NCBI RefSeq assembly: GCF_006345805.1
Contig: NC_043000.1
Coordinates: forward strand, 127,658,001 to 127,722,000
Reading direction: 5' to 3'
Origin: Octopus sinensis
Taxonomy: Eukaryota
DNA: 64,000 nucleotides
The translations under genes and the position numbers were made by a program. The notes beneath the pieces were generated by a model. That model searched no databases. It was not told the DNA's origin and worked only from the letters and a program-made list of their open reading frames with translations. Below, one piece after another: positions 1 through 13,300 of the stretch (positions are counted from its first letter, which is position 1; every line of letters starts with the position of its first letter).

Positions 1-305
1 CTCTGGCCTCTTACTTCCTTCATTGGACTACAATGTGTGCAGCGCAGTTGAGAAAGACATCAAGCCTGAACTGGTGGCCAAGATCAAGGAGGTGTTTGAA
101 GATCTTCCCACGGACATAGTGAAGAATGCATGCGCCAGGTTTCGGAGCTGTCTTGGTAGAAGCTGAAGGGGGCCAATTTCACTAAACTGTAATCTCCTAG
201 CCATAAATTAGTTGACATTTCTTCACTTTTGAAAATACTCTTAGTTTTCGGTGGGACATTCTGTTTTCTTTACGCAAACTGTCAAATTTAGCCAGAATAC
301 CCTCT
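1..305 (+). mobile_element. Tc1/mariner-superfamily transposon 3' end (decayed transposase C-terminus plus right end)
   Basis: Frame 2 reads LDYNVCSAVEKD..KPELVAKIKEVFEDLPTDIVKNACARFRS, typical of the region after the third catalytic Asp in Tc1/mariner transposases. It ends near ataccctcta followed by TA. Confidence 0.8.
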
Positions 306-312
306 ATATATT

Positions 313-348
<36 letters not shown>

Positions 349-778
349 ACACACACACACACAATATATATATATATTTATATACATACACACACACAGT
401 ATATATATATTTATATATTTAGAGTTCATTCACATCTTCATGTATAATTTGCTTGACAATCAACTTATAAGTTGCATAACTGTTGTGTGTAATATGAAGT
501 AAATGGCATTTGTTCACCGAAACGTACGTAGCGTTAATCCCACATAAGTTTTTCCTCAATTAAAATTGTTATTCACTCTGTGATGATTCTAATAAACCTT
601 TTTGATATACATGCTTTGGATTGGCGGATTGCTCCTATAATAATTGAGCGAAATATAACCAGTCATTCTATGGTCGGTCAAAAAAATGTAACCTTTATAC
701 TGCTATTCGAGTACTTCGCTAGCTAGGATTGTTCGTTAAGGGCTGCTGAAGTGATCGCCTAGATTTTATATAGGTGTA

Positions 779-1089
779 GGAGTAACTGTATGGTAAGAAG
801 ATTGCTTCCCAACCACATGGTTCCGGGTTCAGCCCCGCTCGTAGCGTCTTGGGCAAGTGCCTTGTATTATAGCCGCGGGCCGACCACATATATATGTGTG
901 TGTATATGTCTCCCCCCCACCATCCTTGACAACCGATGTTGGTGTGTTTACGTCCCCGTAACTTAGCGGTTCGGCAAAAGAGACCGATAGAATAAGTACT
1001 AAGCTTACAAATAATAAGTCCTGAGGTCGATTTGTTCGACTAAAGGTGGTGCCCCAGCATGATCGCAGTCAAATGCCTGAAACAAGTAT
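779..1089 (+). mobile_element. SINE family A (tRNA-like head, CORE-like cttgggcaagtg body, internal (TA)/(TG) tract), partly deleted copy
   Basis: Box A/B-like head (tggtaag...ggttcag). The body cgtaacttagcggttcggcaaaagagaccgatagaataagtact and the tail agtcaaatg.ctgaaacaagta recur more than 10 times in the window. Confidence 0.85.
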
Positions 1090-1090
1090 A

Positions 1091-1580
1091 CAATCTGCAG
1101 TTATTCACAAAAAGAGTTTCTAACGCCGACCTGTTTAGCAAGTGTAAGATTGGTGGAATCAAGAGCTTCCTGATGCAATTACAATTGCTCTAGGCTGGCC
1201 ATGTCGTCAAATTTAGTGACGAAAGAATACCCAAAATCCTCATGTACAGCCAGGCTGAAAATGGGCACAGGAATGTTGGTCGACCATGGCTCAGATATAA
1301 AGACAAGCTGAATAGTAGCCTCTTAGAAATGAAGATAGCTCACAACATCTTTGAGCGAACAGCATTGAAACAAACAAACTGGAGATCGTTGTGTCAAAAT
1401 GGTATTAGAAACTTTGTTGCAACTACCATTAACAGACTTCGGGGTGCAAGGCAAAGGAGAACAGCGACTGCTAATATACCACCTGCACTGACCTGTAATC
1501 CTCATACTTGCAGCATCTGGGGCCTTCTTTGCAAATCGTTGGCGGGACTTAAATGTCACATTCAACATAAGTGTAGCTTA
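1091..1580 (+). mobile_element. RTE-clade LINE 3' fragment (ORF2 C-terminus)
   Basis: Translation gives AGHVV..DERIPKILMYSQAENGHRNVGRPWLRYKDKL...WRSLC...CKSLAGLKCH, matching the RTE/BovB-like C-terminal region. It is followed by (CT)n. Confidence 0.85.
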
Positions 1581-1593
1581 CGCTTAGAGAAAT

Positions 1594-1649
<56 letters not shown>

Positions 1650-1671
1650 GTTATATATACATGAATACGGA

Positions 1672-2549
1672 CGTAGTAGATAACAGCTAACCTTCGGCCG
1701 CTCTTTTGCACCTTGTTGTGTCCACTACTCTGATTGGTTGGTATTGGCGCAGTTTGTCTCTTGCTCTACTGCACGTCAATGTGCAACCAATCGCAGCCTT
1801 CTGATAAGGTCATGAGAGACAGTCTCTTCCAATCCTCCGGTGAGCCGATAACTTGCTATAAAATGCTAGCTTCAGCACCGTTTTAGGTATTTCGGTTCTA
1901 GACCTTCTGCGGCCTAACCACTGATCACATAGCACACAACCAGTTCCAGCGACAACACCAACTGCATACGGCAATCTCCTTCGTCGCCTCCATAATCTTA
2001 ACGTCGTCTACATCTCTCTACATACACAGCAACCAGCAAAACTCGCACAGGGTCGATCTCCTCACTGTTCGTGAATTACTTCACCATGGTTAACAGCAAG
2101 CACAACCTGCGAGAACTTCCTGTATCAAGTGACCGGCAGCAGCATAGTAGTCACAGCTTCCCGAACGACATGTGCCTCAATCGGTTCAGCTTCTTCGCCA
2201 CAACTTTTTGTTACAGCACTTCAACTATCGTGTACTTTGACTACGAACTGGTATTTATTCATCCTTGTGTCTGAACATTCTTCTAGCGTCCTATTATAGA
2301 CTCTCTCAATGATCTGTACTTAACGCACACGCATACATCCTTGTTTGTACATATACACTTTGTATGCATGACGGCCTGTCTATTATTATGCATATATGAC
2401 GCATACACAGACACACGTTAACCTATCAATAAAATCTTCTCTTCCTTCTGGCACTTGTACTCATTTATCCTTTTCGTATTTATTGTAATCGACCGTGTGG
2501 TGTACTAAAGGAGCCATTCATCGTCACTTCTCCGCACGGTCGTTCTACA
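1672..2549 (+). mobile_element. Possible solo LTR
   Basis: About 880-bp unique, CpG-containing block. It starts (c)gtag and ends ctaca, with CCAAT boxes (~1730, ~1788), a TATA-like ctataaaa (~1856) and aataaa (~2429). No TSD seen. Confidence 0.4.
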
Positions 2550-2914
2550 TAAGCATTATGACTGACAAAAAAAGAGTATGTTGTCAGAGCCTCATACGTC
2601 GAAATCAACGGGAGAGCGTATCATATATATATATATTCGCTGCGAATGGTTTTGTTATACGGTGCCGAGTTGTACAATCCTACAATCCTGTAAATAATAA
2701 TAATAGCATTTATACAAGCTTAAAGCTTATAGCAATCACCGTGTAATGACAAAAGAAAATAGTCTAATACTGGGACATATAATAGTGTAATGGTAACACA
2801 CTTTGTCGCGTTAACAAAGGGATGTGGGTTCGTGACACACGCGGATGAGAAAGCCTACTTTTTCCGTCGAGGGCTTACATTCTCCCATTATATATATATA
2901 TATATATATATATA

Positions 2915-3297
2915 TTCTTTTACTTGTTTCACTTATTTGACTGCGGCCGTGCTGGAGCACCCTTAAGAGTTTGGGCAAAATATATACCCTTTTGCCAAGT
3001 TATAACAGAAAGTTAGTGAAGTATTTAAAATGTTTACAGTTGGATAGATAGACAAATATAACAAAATAATTTGACAAAAAATGTGAATTTTTAATTATTT
3101 TCTGAGATTTTACAAAAACAACAAAAATATTATTCTTAAAAAATCGAACCCAGGACTTATTCTTAGTAAGCCTAGTACTTATTTTATCGGCCTTTATGCC
3201 GAGCCGCTAAGTTACGGGGACGTAAACACACTAACATCGGTTGTCAAGTGATGGTGGGGAGACAAACACAAATACAAAAATAAATGCATATATGTAT

Positions 3298-3395
<98 letters not shown>

Positions 3396-3552
3396 TCAGA
3401 GACGACAAGCTTCTTTCAGTTCCAAATCCACTCACAAGGCTTTGGTCAGCCCGAGGCTGAGAAGAAACTTCCCCAAGGTGCCACGCTGTGAGTTTGAACC
3501 CGGAACAATGTGAGATTGAACTCGGCAAGCTTCTTACCACACAGCCACTGGC
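2915..3552 (-). mobile_element. SINE family A copy, interrupted by an AT-rich insert and (TA)/(GA) tracts
   Basis: Reverse-complement match to family A head, body and tail. Confidence 0.8.
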
Positions 3553-3669
3553 ATTTGTGACAGGTAGATCTACAATCAGCTCCCGGTACTGAATCAAAAA
3601 CGGCTGAATGGAAAAAGTGGGCTCGTGTGCGCGCAGTAATTATGAATATACTCTTTCCCACGTATATCT

Positions 3670-4290
3670 GCGCATACATACATACATACATACATACATA
3701 CATACATACATACATACATACATACATACATACATACATACATACATACATACATACATAGGGGAGAATTCATAAAAAAAGAAACAAAAGACAACAAACA
3801 GATGTATTAGTATAACGCTCAGGAAGTGAAAAAGTCTTTAACGTTTCGAGCCTACGCTCTTCCACAGAAAGGAATACAGAAAGAAATAAGGAGAGAAAAT
3901 AAAGAACGTGTAGTGGCTATCGATCTATCATGGCGAATGCCGGACAGAAGGGTCACACAGGAGAGCTAGGGAGATACATACATACATACATACATACATA
4001 CATACATACATACATGCATGCATACATACATACATACATACATACATACATACATACATACATACATACATACATACATACATACATACATACATACATA
4101 CATACATACATACATACATACATGCATACATACATACATCAGTCAAATGACTGAAACAAGCAAAAGAGTATACATATATACATACATGCATACATACATA
4201 TATACATACCTACATACATACATAGATGCATACAGACACGCGCACACACACATACGTACATAAATACATACATACATACATACATACATG
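3670..4290. repeat. (ATAC)n microsatellite clusters
   Basis: Long perfect ATAC runs at ~3672-3760, ~3973-4140 and ~4260-4290. Confidence 0.95.
3835..3872 (-). ncRNA. Minimal Penelope-type hammerhead-like motif (core variant CUGUGGA)
   Basis: Minus strand: CUUU-CUGUGGA-A-GAGC-guag-GCUC-GAAA-CG-UU-AAAG. It lies within a ~170-bp dispersed repeat (3766-3935). Confidence 0.5.
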
Positions 4291-4503
4291 GTAACGAACC
4301 ACATATAAACTTCACAAAGTCATTCAATTCATTTAAAATAAACATTCGTTTTCCGTTCGGCTGATCAACTATTACTTAAAAATTAGTTGGGGCTATGCCC
4401 AATGTCTCTGTGGAACAAACGGAAATAAGGAATGTCGAATATACCCATGAGAGGAACATATGCGAGCATTTACTTTACTGTAATCTTCTGGGGTATCTAG
4501 GTG

Positions 4504-4552
<49 letters not shown>

Positions 4553-4578
4553 CTGTGTGTGTGTGTGTTTGTGTGTGT

Positions 4579-4614
<36 letters not shown>

Positions 4615-5709
4615 CTTACATATATGCGTATGTATTTCCATAGATGGCATTCAACGGTCAATAAAATAAGAACCAGACAAAAATAAGTACTGGAATCGAT
4701 ATAAAACTTGAGTATCATCTTGAATTTAGTTGCTCCAGCGTGATCGCAGTCACATAATGGAAACCAGTTCGAGGGAAACATGGTATTTCTATCCTGTTTC
4801 TCTTTCTCTACTCCCTCTCTCTCTCTCTCTCTCTCTCTCCCCTTTCTTTCTTTCTGTATATGAAACAGAAAATAAGGCAGAGACAACGACAGACAGACAG
4901 ACAGATATAGGAGTGAGAGCTCGGGGTAACTGCAAGCTTTCTGGGTTAATGAACGAAGATCTTACTTTAATCAGACGCTTTAACACTGTCGATCATCACA
5001 ATGCAGTGCTGATGTACGCAGACTTTGTAGCAGGATAGCTGGGAGACAACGAATAGTTAATCATTTCGTGCAGGGACTCAAACGCAACATTCTTACACTG
5101 ATCTATAAATTAATGAGCTAAGAATCTAACCTAAAAGCTATTCCTGATTGTATCAACTGCGTTTAATGGCAATTCTGAGCTCACCGAATCTATCTAGCTT
5201 TCTATCCATCCCTCCCCCACTCTCTCTCTTTCTGCATTTTATTTAATCTATCACTTTAATCCGTCAGTAGGCGTGAAGTAGAAATAGCATTTTGTAGCTA
5301 TTGGATGTCTGCTTAACAAATTAACTTCAAAATGTTCACACCTCTTCTTCCTTCCCTGTTTGATCTTCCTATAACGTTTCCTTATCGCTGTGACTATCAC
5401 ATCAGCAGCAGTTGCAAATAACAGTTGCAACACATTATAACTGCACCGAAGCCGTTAGAGCTTATAATAAGCAGTGAAAGGCTCGTTGCATCACAGGGTC
5501 ATTGGCATAACGACACATTCCAAGAGCTCGTTGCAACATTACGTTGCAGAGATTTCGTCTCCGACATTAAAATTACCGACCTATGCGTTCTCATTTCACC
5601 AACCATTTCGTTCTTGTTAATAGCTGAGAGACGTTGCCTTAACCAGGTCAACAATATATCTATACCCTATAGGTTTCACAAACTGCGAACTCATATTTTA
5701 CTATAATTT

Positions 5710-6690
5710 ATTTCTTTATTGCCCACAGGGGGCTAAACATATAGGGGACAAACAAGGATAGACAAAGGGATTAAGTCGATTATAACGACTCCAGTGCGTA
5801 ACTGGTACTTATTTAATCGATCCTGAAAGTATGAAAGTCAAAGTCGACCTCGGCGGAATTTGAACTCAGAACGCTAAGCATTTCGCCCGGCGTGCTAACG
5901 ATTCTGCCAGCTCTACTATTATTACTGTGCTTAAAACCGTCACCCCGCCGAGCAAAATGTTTAGCGACATTCCGTCTGCCTTTACGTCCTGGGTTCAAAT
6001 TCTGTCGAGGTCGACTTTGCTTTTCGGGGTCGATAAAGTATGTGCCACTTACGCACTGAGGTCGATGTAACTGACTTGCTCATTCCCACAAAATTTCAAA
6101 ATTTGTGCCGGAAGTGGGGGGAAAAATTATTACTGTACTTGCTGTGTGCTAAGACAACGAGGTGCATGTACGCAGTCACTCGACCTGTTAGAAATAGCAA
6201 CCAAATGGAATCATATCCTACCGTGTTAAAAGAAGGAGTCATTAAGTAATGTGGTCCTGGATGCGCTATGTCAGAATAAAAAATATTCTTTTCTACTCTA
6301 GGCACAAGGCCCGAAATTTTGGGGGAAGGGGCCACTCGATTAGATCTACCTCATTACGCAACTGGTACTTAATTTATCGACGCCGAAAGAATGAAAAGCA
6401 AAGTCGACCTCGACGGAATTTGAACTCAGAACATAAAAACAGACGAAATACCTATTTCTTTACTACCCACAAGGGGCTAAACACAGAGGGGGACAAACAA
6501 GGACAGACAAAGGGATTAAGTCGGTCATATCGACTCCAGTGCATAACTGGTACTTATTTAATCGACCCCGAAAGGGTGAAAGGCAAAGTCGACCTCGGCA
6601 AAATTTGAACTCAGAACGTAGCGAAAGACGAAATACTGCTAAGCATTTCGCCCGGCGCGCTAACGTATCTGCCAGCTGGCCGCCTTCAGA
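5710..6690. mobile_element. Cluster of SINE family B copies in both orientations
   Basis: Family motif ttctgagttcaaattccgccgaggtcgactttgcctttcatcctttcggggtcgataaattaagtaccagtt. Minus copies at ~5710-5910 and ~6290-6690, plus copy at ~5930-6140. Confidence 0.85.
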
Positions 6691-7049
6691 ATAAAAAAAT
6701 ATTGCATTGGCATGGTTGGAACTCCTTTAATTATAGGTTAGCTAAATCATAGCTTAACTGTGGATAAACAAAAACAATAAACTTACCCGGCTTCTTTCGT
6801 TCTTTTACTAAATTAAATCTGGCGTGTAAGTCACAAGTGATTTTTAGTATTTTACAGAGCAGAGATCGAAACTCTCCCGCCACAATAAATTAAATCAGTC
6901 ATTCTTAACAGATATATTTGATTTCGGATATCGCTTATGAAGTAACGATGGAACAGGAGTGCTGCATTATTTTCCGGTGGTACATCTATATACAAGCAAG
7001 AAGAGGATGTGATTTATCTATAGTTCAAAAACAATGTTTGTTTTATGAT

Positions 7050-7225
7050 TACTAGACCTACTACAAATAACAGCCAAATCTCCTTCAAATCACATGATAC
7101 CATCATAAATAAATGTGAATTAGACAAAGCAGTCCTTGATGTACTAACAGCTATGATGGTCAAAGCTGGAATGTCTTTTAGTCCTGCTTAGATAGGGCCG
7201 ACCTAGGGCTAAATAACAACAACAT
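7050..7225 (+). mobile_element. Old SINE-like family E fragment (tail ggggctaaacaacaacaac type)
   Basis: The motif aaatagcagccaaatctccctcaaatcac...ggtcaaagctggaa recurs degenerately at ~42640, ~54300, ~58430 and ~59680. Confidence 0.55.
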
Positions 7226-7269
7226 CACATTGACTATTAGGGCAATGAGAAAGAAAGCATTTTGCATAG

Positions 7270-7428
7270 TTGTTTGACCTTCTAGAATCAGCAGCTAAAT
7301 CTTCAAATTTCATTCGAACCTCACCATCATACCAGCGTGTGATTTTTCCAGGAAACACGAAGCCCAACATCTCTGAAGAACTAGAAATGAGAGCTCGACT
7401 CATCTTTCCAAAAGCATACTTCAAATAA
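7270..7428 (+). CDS. Candidate terminal coding exon, or decayed TE ORF fragment (unidentified)
   Basis: After ttttgcatag, an open frame reads LFDLLESAAKSSNFIRTSPSYQRVIFPGNTKPNISEELEMRARLIFPKAYFK*. The acceptor is weak and no homology was recognised. Confidence 0.2.
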   Translation: MFDLLESAAKSSNFIRTSPSYQRVIFPGNTKPNISEELEMRARLIFPKAYFK

Positions 7429-8179
7429 GTTAAGTGATGTGATTAGTGATGAGATTGATAATCTGACTAGAAACAAAGTTAACTAAAATCTTACAGTCAC
7501 ACTATTAACTACTGTCAAAATGGTTCGACATTGCAGAACTTAGGTGTTTTGACGTATCAGTTTTGTAAACAGATTCATATTTCTGCAATAAATTACTAAT
7601 GTGTAAACTATAACACTCACAGTCACGCAAAGTTGTTGAAATTTTGCATTTCAGTTGTAAACACATGTTGATAAGATTTCAATGAAGCACAACACTACAG
7701 AATTATTATTACAAATAATACGCGCCGTGTTTTTCGGTAGGGAACCCCGAATATCTTTCTTTGTCAGTAATACTTTATATACTTCATTCCATTTATGAAT
7801 AATTTACTCGCTTTAATCAATGCACTTTACAATATCATTCAAAAGATAGTTTACTTCCTCTCTTGCAGTTTCATCGCTCGACAAGAACTATTTAGTCTAC
7901 ATTTGAGATGAATTTGAATTAAAGGACATTTCTGGAGCATTTTTTATTAGTTTCTTCTTTTTAGCCTTTTTCAGTAGTTTCAGTCGATGGATTACGGTCA
8001 TGCAGGGATACCGCTTTTAGGTGTTTTAGTCGATAGTATTAACTTCAGTACTTGGTCTGGCATTTCGGTTATTTTGCTTTATCGTAAAAGATGTATACAG
8101 AGATGGTTAGAAATACCGCAAGGCCGTAAGATTACGGCTGTTTCTCAGCACTTCAACATGTAATAATAATTTCAGTGTA

Positions 8180-8367
8180 TTCTTTTATTTGTTTCAGTCA
8201 TTTGACTGCGACCATGCTGGAGTACCGCCTTTAGTCGAACAAATCGTTCCCAGGACTTATTCTTTGTAAGCCTAGTACTTATTCTATCGGTCTCTTTCGC
8301 CGAACCGCTAAGTAACGGGGACGTAAACACACCAGCATTGGTGGGGGACAAACACACACACACAAAT

Positions 8368-8415
<48 letters not shown>

Positions 8416-8598
8416 ATATATTATATATATATATATATATATACGACAGGCTTCTTTCAGTTTCCGGCTACCAAATCTACTCCCAAGGCTTTGGTCGGCC
8501 CGAGGCTATAGTAGAGGACACTTGTCCAAGGTCCCATGCAGTGGGACTGAACCTGGAACCATATGATTGGGATGAAAGTTTCTTACCACACAGCCTGC
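8180..8598 (-). mobile_element. SINE family A, near full length
   Basis: Reverse-complement match to the family A consensus seen at 9969 and 24886. Confidence 0.9.
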
Positions 8599-8636
8599 AA
8601 CAATATGCTATACATTGCTATACATTCCACAGTACA

Positions 8637-8793
8637 GTTGTACAATTATAAATGAATGCAAATAAAGAAGGCTAGCTCTTCAGATCGGCAGGACATCATG
8701 GTTATACCAGAGTTGGAGCATTGGTGTAACCATGATGTTCTGGTGATCTGAAAAGCTAGCTTCTATATCTGCATTGATTTGCAAGTGTACAAT
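8637..8793. ncRNA. Long imperfect hairpin (pre-miRNA-like or foldback element)
   Basis: 8671-8709 pairs with 8722-8760 (39 positions, 2 true mismatches, 3 G-U), closing a 12-nt loop. Looser pairing extends to ~8637/8793. Confidence 0.45.
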
Positions 8794-9042
8794 ATATAGC
8801 ATGCATATTGATGCAGAAATAATCTATTATACACGGAAATTAAGTGGTTAAATAAATATATTCACTTTCGTATCTCCTGACTTTTTATGGTATATACACT
8901 ACACATGAAATAATTTCAGCTGCATAGAACTCAGCATTATACTCCTCCATACTGGATGTCTATGTGAACTGGTAGCCGGTCCACAAGAGGAGCTTTTCTA
9001 TAACTGTCACGAGATTCCGTGTATCCATTTATTGCACGACAA

Positions 9043-9078
<36 letters not shown>

Positions 9079-9968
9079 AAGTCGTTGGACTGCGGCTATG
9101 CCGTGACACTGCCTTGAACTGTTTTAGTCGATCAAATTGTCCCAGGTATCTATTTTTAAGTTTGGTACTTATTCTATCGGAGTATTTTGTTGAACCGCTA
9201 AATTGTGGGAGTAAACAAACTAACACCGGTTGTCAAAGGGGTGAACAAACACAGACACATTGATATACACAAACAGTCTCATGTTTCAATTTGGCAATAA
9301 TTAAGTTTTCAGATATATTCGTTTTCTGGGGGTTTCTTTTCCTTTTTTGCTTTGTTTTTGTTGTTGTTTGCTTTTTTGTTGTATTTTTTCCTAGTTGACA
9401 CACCATTATTGTATGTGTAACAAAAAAAAGGATAAAATTTATTCGAACTTCAGAAGCAATAAACAAACGTTGTACAGGAAGAAAAAGAAAAGAAAAGGGT
9501 AAAAATATTTTTCGTGATAATTCAAATAACATTGAAAAGGATTAAAATAAATGAGGGGTAAAACGAACGAATTTATCTGACAACCCGGTATAGAACAAGA
9601 AGTCTGCGATAGTGCTGTAGATTTCCCATAGCGTTTAACAAATCTTTACTGAGTACCCAAGAGACCAAGTGGATAGGGTGTCAGTAACTTGATTAAAAGG
9701 AGGTGAGTTCGTATTGTGTCGCTGGCTCAAGGGTTATATTACTGACTTATTGAAAGTTCAGATTAAGTTACTGAAGTTAAGTGGCGAAATGGCCTGTTTG
9801 AGAAAAGCCAAAGGTTAATGTTTGCACAGTTGTATTAAAAGCGGTGAAGCTGGCAGAAGCGGTGGCACGTCGGGAAAATGCTTAGCGGCATTTCTTCTGG
9901 ACCTTTACGGTCTAAGTTCAAATTCTGTCGACTTTGCTTTTCATGTATTCAGGATCAATAAAGTAAGA

Positions 9969-10358
9969 AGCGCAGGAGTGGCTGTGTGATAAGTAGCTTG
10001 CTTACCAACCACATGGTTCAGGGTTCAGTCCCACTGCGTGGCACCTTGGCCAACTGTCTTCTACTATAGCCTCGGGCCCACCAAAGCATTGCGAGTGGAT
10101 TTGGTAGACGGAAACTGAAAAGAAGCCCGTCGTATATATGTATATGTAAATATATATGTGTGTGTGTTTGTCCCCCCAACATCGTTTGACAACCGATGCT
10201 GGTGTGTTTACGTCTCCGTAACTTAGCGGTTCGGCAAAAGAGACCGATAGAATAAGTACTAGGCTTACAAAAGAATAAGTACTGGGGGTCGATTTGCTCG
10301 ACTAAGAGGCGGTGCTCCAGCATGGCCGCAGTCAGATGACTGAGACAAGTAAAAAGAG
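9969..10358 (+). mobile_element. SINE family A, full length
   Basis: Complete head (gcaggagtggctgtgtg...ggttcagtccc), CORE-like ccttggccaactgtcttc, body and tail. Confidence 0.9.
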
Positions 10359-11759
10359 TTTAAAAAAATAGAGTTAAGAACCAGTTGAGCACTGGGGTCG
10401 ATGTCGTTGACTATTCCCTTCCCTAAAAATTGCTGGCCTTGTGTCAAAATTAGAAAGAATATATAAAGCAGTGTGCCAGCAGAATAGTTAGCAAGCCGGA
10501 CAAAATGCTGAGCGGCATTTCTTCCGTTTCTTTGTGTTCTGAGTTCAAATCCTGCCGAAGTTTTAACTTCGCTTTTTATTCCTTCGGTGTCGATAGAATA
10601 AAGTACCGATCAAGTGCTGAGCTTAACGTAATAGATTTTCCCCCTCCCCTCAAAATTGTTAACCTGGGGCCCTGCAATGGACTGGCGTTCCGTTAAGGAT
10701 GAATATTGTGATCTCGGTTATTTATACGCCACAGAAACCGGGTAACCGGCCTTATGAGTACGGGGGCTTGGGAAAAAAAAAGAATAGGAAGAGAGAGGAG
10801 GGGGAGCGCGAGTTTGCTGCATTAAAGAAATTTGGTGTTTAATTTAATTTGAAAAAGAAAAGTAAGTCAATAAACTTGGAAAGAATACAGGAGTTGAAAC
10901 TGCTGTTAAAACTTTTGATATTGCATATTAAAAAATTAGGACAAAAAAAATGAAAAAGGAAAAAATGTGTGTATTGGAAGATATTCTTTTGTTGAGAATA
11001 TTACCCGACGGGTTTAAACTGTGGATAAACTAGATATCAGACATGTCTGGCTTATGGATCCCTGAAGAGAATTTTGTTGCGCATTGATTTCAAAGCAGAG
11101 AAATTAGGTTTGCTTAGTTAAGCCAATATTACAGGCGCATTTCATACTCTGCAGGGGTATGTCTGGTTGCTGATGTAACACCATACAAGCCAAACCACAT
11201 ATGATTCATATATGAGCATTTGTTAAATGAAGTAAATTTAGAACTGAACACACACGTGCATATGCACACACACGTGTGCATGAATGGGTAGGAGAGTAGT
11301 AGTGGCGGGTAAAGAAGCATACTCCTACACATATTTTTATTGCTTATATAAATAATAAATGTGGTAAAAGAACCGGGTTCTTTAAATATAACAACTATCG
11401 AGAATTGAAAAGAGATGTAGGCTGGTTATATAATTTTTATTAGATTCGTCTCAAAGCTAGATGAAAGAGCTATTGACGAAAACGACGATCAATAGTTATT
11501 GGGAGAAGCAATGTGGAATGACTTTTGGTAAACCAATCAAAAAGTTAACACGTTAAAGTGTTGTTTTTTTTTCTTATTCCTGTGATATGTTTCCATCTCT
11601 GCCAAATGATATTAGTTTCAATTGGATGTCTATGAGACAATGTCCATCAACAAAAAGAAAAAGCATCATTTGAAGCTAGATATTTAATCTAAACCGACTA
11701 TTACCATAAATTAAAACAGTTTGAAAAAAATGAAATTTTACGGTCTCATTATTATAAGA

Positions 11760-11960
11760 AAGCCATAGTGGCCGACGGATACCCACAAGAGATTGGCAGT
11801 TCGTAATCTAACTCTGGTATTTGGTATTGAGCTGTGTCCATGGCCAACCAATGGTTTATCTGTGTTAACAGTGGTTGTTATGTTGATATGCAATACTAGC
11901 TTCGATTCCTTGTGATTGTAAGCAGATGAGGTACTAGCTCTTATTGTTCTCATCAATAAA
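11760..11960 (-). mobile_element. Decayed LINE 3' fragment (tentative)
   Basis: Minus-strand frames give INHWLAMDTAQYQ and LLWVSVG, resembling C-terminal motifs of RTE-like LINEs. Heavily degraded. Confidence 0.35.
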
Positions 11961-12039
11961 TCAATGGGAATTATTATCCATCGATGGTTCTCATTGATTA
12001 GGAGAAAATAAGTTAAACAACCTCTCTGCTCCTGCCAAC

Positions 12040-13300
12040 TACCATTTCAAACAAATCGCTAACAGTCATCTTATTCATCACCTTGTGTTTCTTCCCTTTC
12101 TTATTGACCCCCATTGCACTCCTTGTAAAAACAGATCTGTCTTAGTATTGTTCTAGTTCGTTACTTACCAGTAGTTCTTCACTCTGAAGCACTTCAACAA
12201 AAACAATGTTGTTGTGTTGAACATTAGTAAAACCTTGCACCTGCTAAGCTGCCTGCTTGTAAACTTCATTTGCTTCTTATGTTTTGGATCAGAAGTTTCC
12301 TATCCGACTGTTTCATCGTAACGTTTTCCAATGAATTTTTCTTTAACCCACGCAGTGTTAACTATGGTCAACTTTAAAATTCGTTCATTCCACACATTTT
12401 TTTCCTTTTCCTCATTAAAGATGTACATTATGAATGCATACTATCCTTCTCAGATGATACCATCAACAAATATCATTGGCCAAAAGAAATTAGACATGTT
12501 AGGCTCTCTGATGCTGCCATCTACCAGCCTGTCACCACATCTATGGGACAAGTCGCAAACAACCATTTCATTCATCACTTTAAGTCTCTTTCCCGTCTCA
12601 GTGACCACCATGCCATTTTCTCTAAAGACAGACCCGTCAGATATTTAATAAACAGCCTTAATGTTTTACACCAGACCTGAACTGCTTCCATAAAAGAGAT
12701 AAAAACATCCCTCAGTGGATAATCGAGCATTTAAGACCCCTTGAGCAGGATAACGATGCAATCCCTACATGTATCAAATAGTCTTTCACCACAGCTTCTA
12801 TATGCATGAATAAACAAGACACAATTGAAGTCTTAAAATCGCTTCAAATGATCGACGCTTTATTTTCTGACGATTGTTCATAATGCTGCGTCTCGAAGGC
12901 AAATACTCCACTTTGGAGCTATAAAATAATTCAGACCTGAACAGTTTTTAACACTCTGCAAAGCTCAAGTGCCACCCATATTGAATACTGCTCGCATTAT
13001 AGAACGGTGTTGCTGCTAGATTCACAAACAACAGTCTCGAAAGCAAAAAGTCAATCACCAATATCCTATAATCATTGTATAACAACCACGCTGTTCCTTT
13101 AGTTTGCCTATTACAGCTGTTCCTGACCCTTTAAACATAGCTAGCTGATTACCCCTTCTGTCCCACACTTGTCACAACTCTCATTACCTTTATGGTTCTT
13201 TACCTCCAAGATTCCAAATTCCTTAAATCTGCAGAGCTCTGGGACTCTGTTCCTGTCCATATTTTCCCTGTAGGTGTCGATTGCTACAAGATCATAATAA
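12040..13300 (+). mobile_element. Highly decayed CR1/L2/Jockey-group LINE (endonuclease and RT remnants)
   Basis: Fragments include SDHHAIFS (APE SDH motif, ~12600), HIEYCS (~12980) and LKSAELWDSVPVHIFP (~13220). Many stops and frameshifts. Confidence 0.55.
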
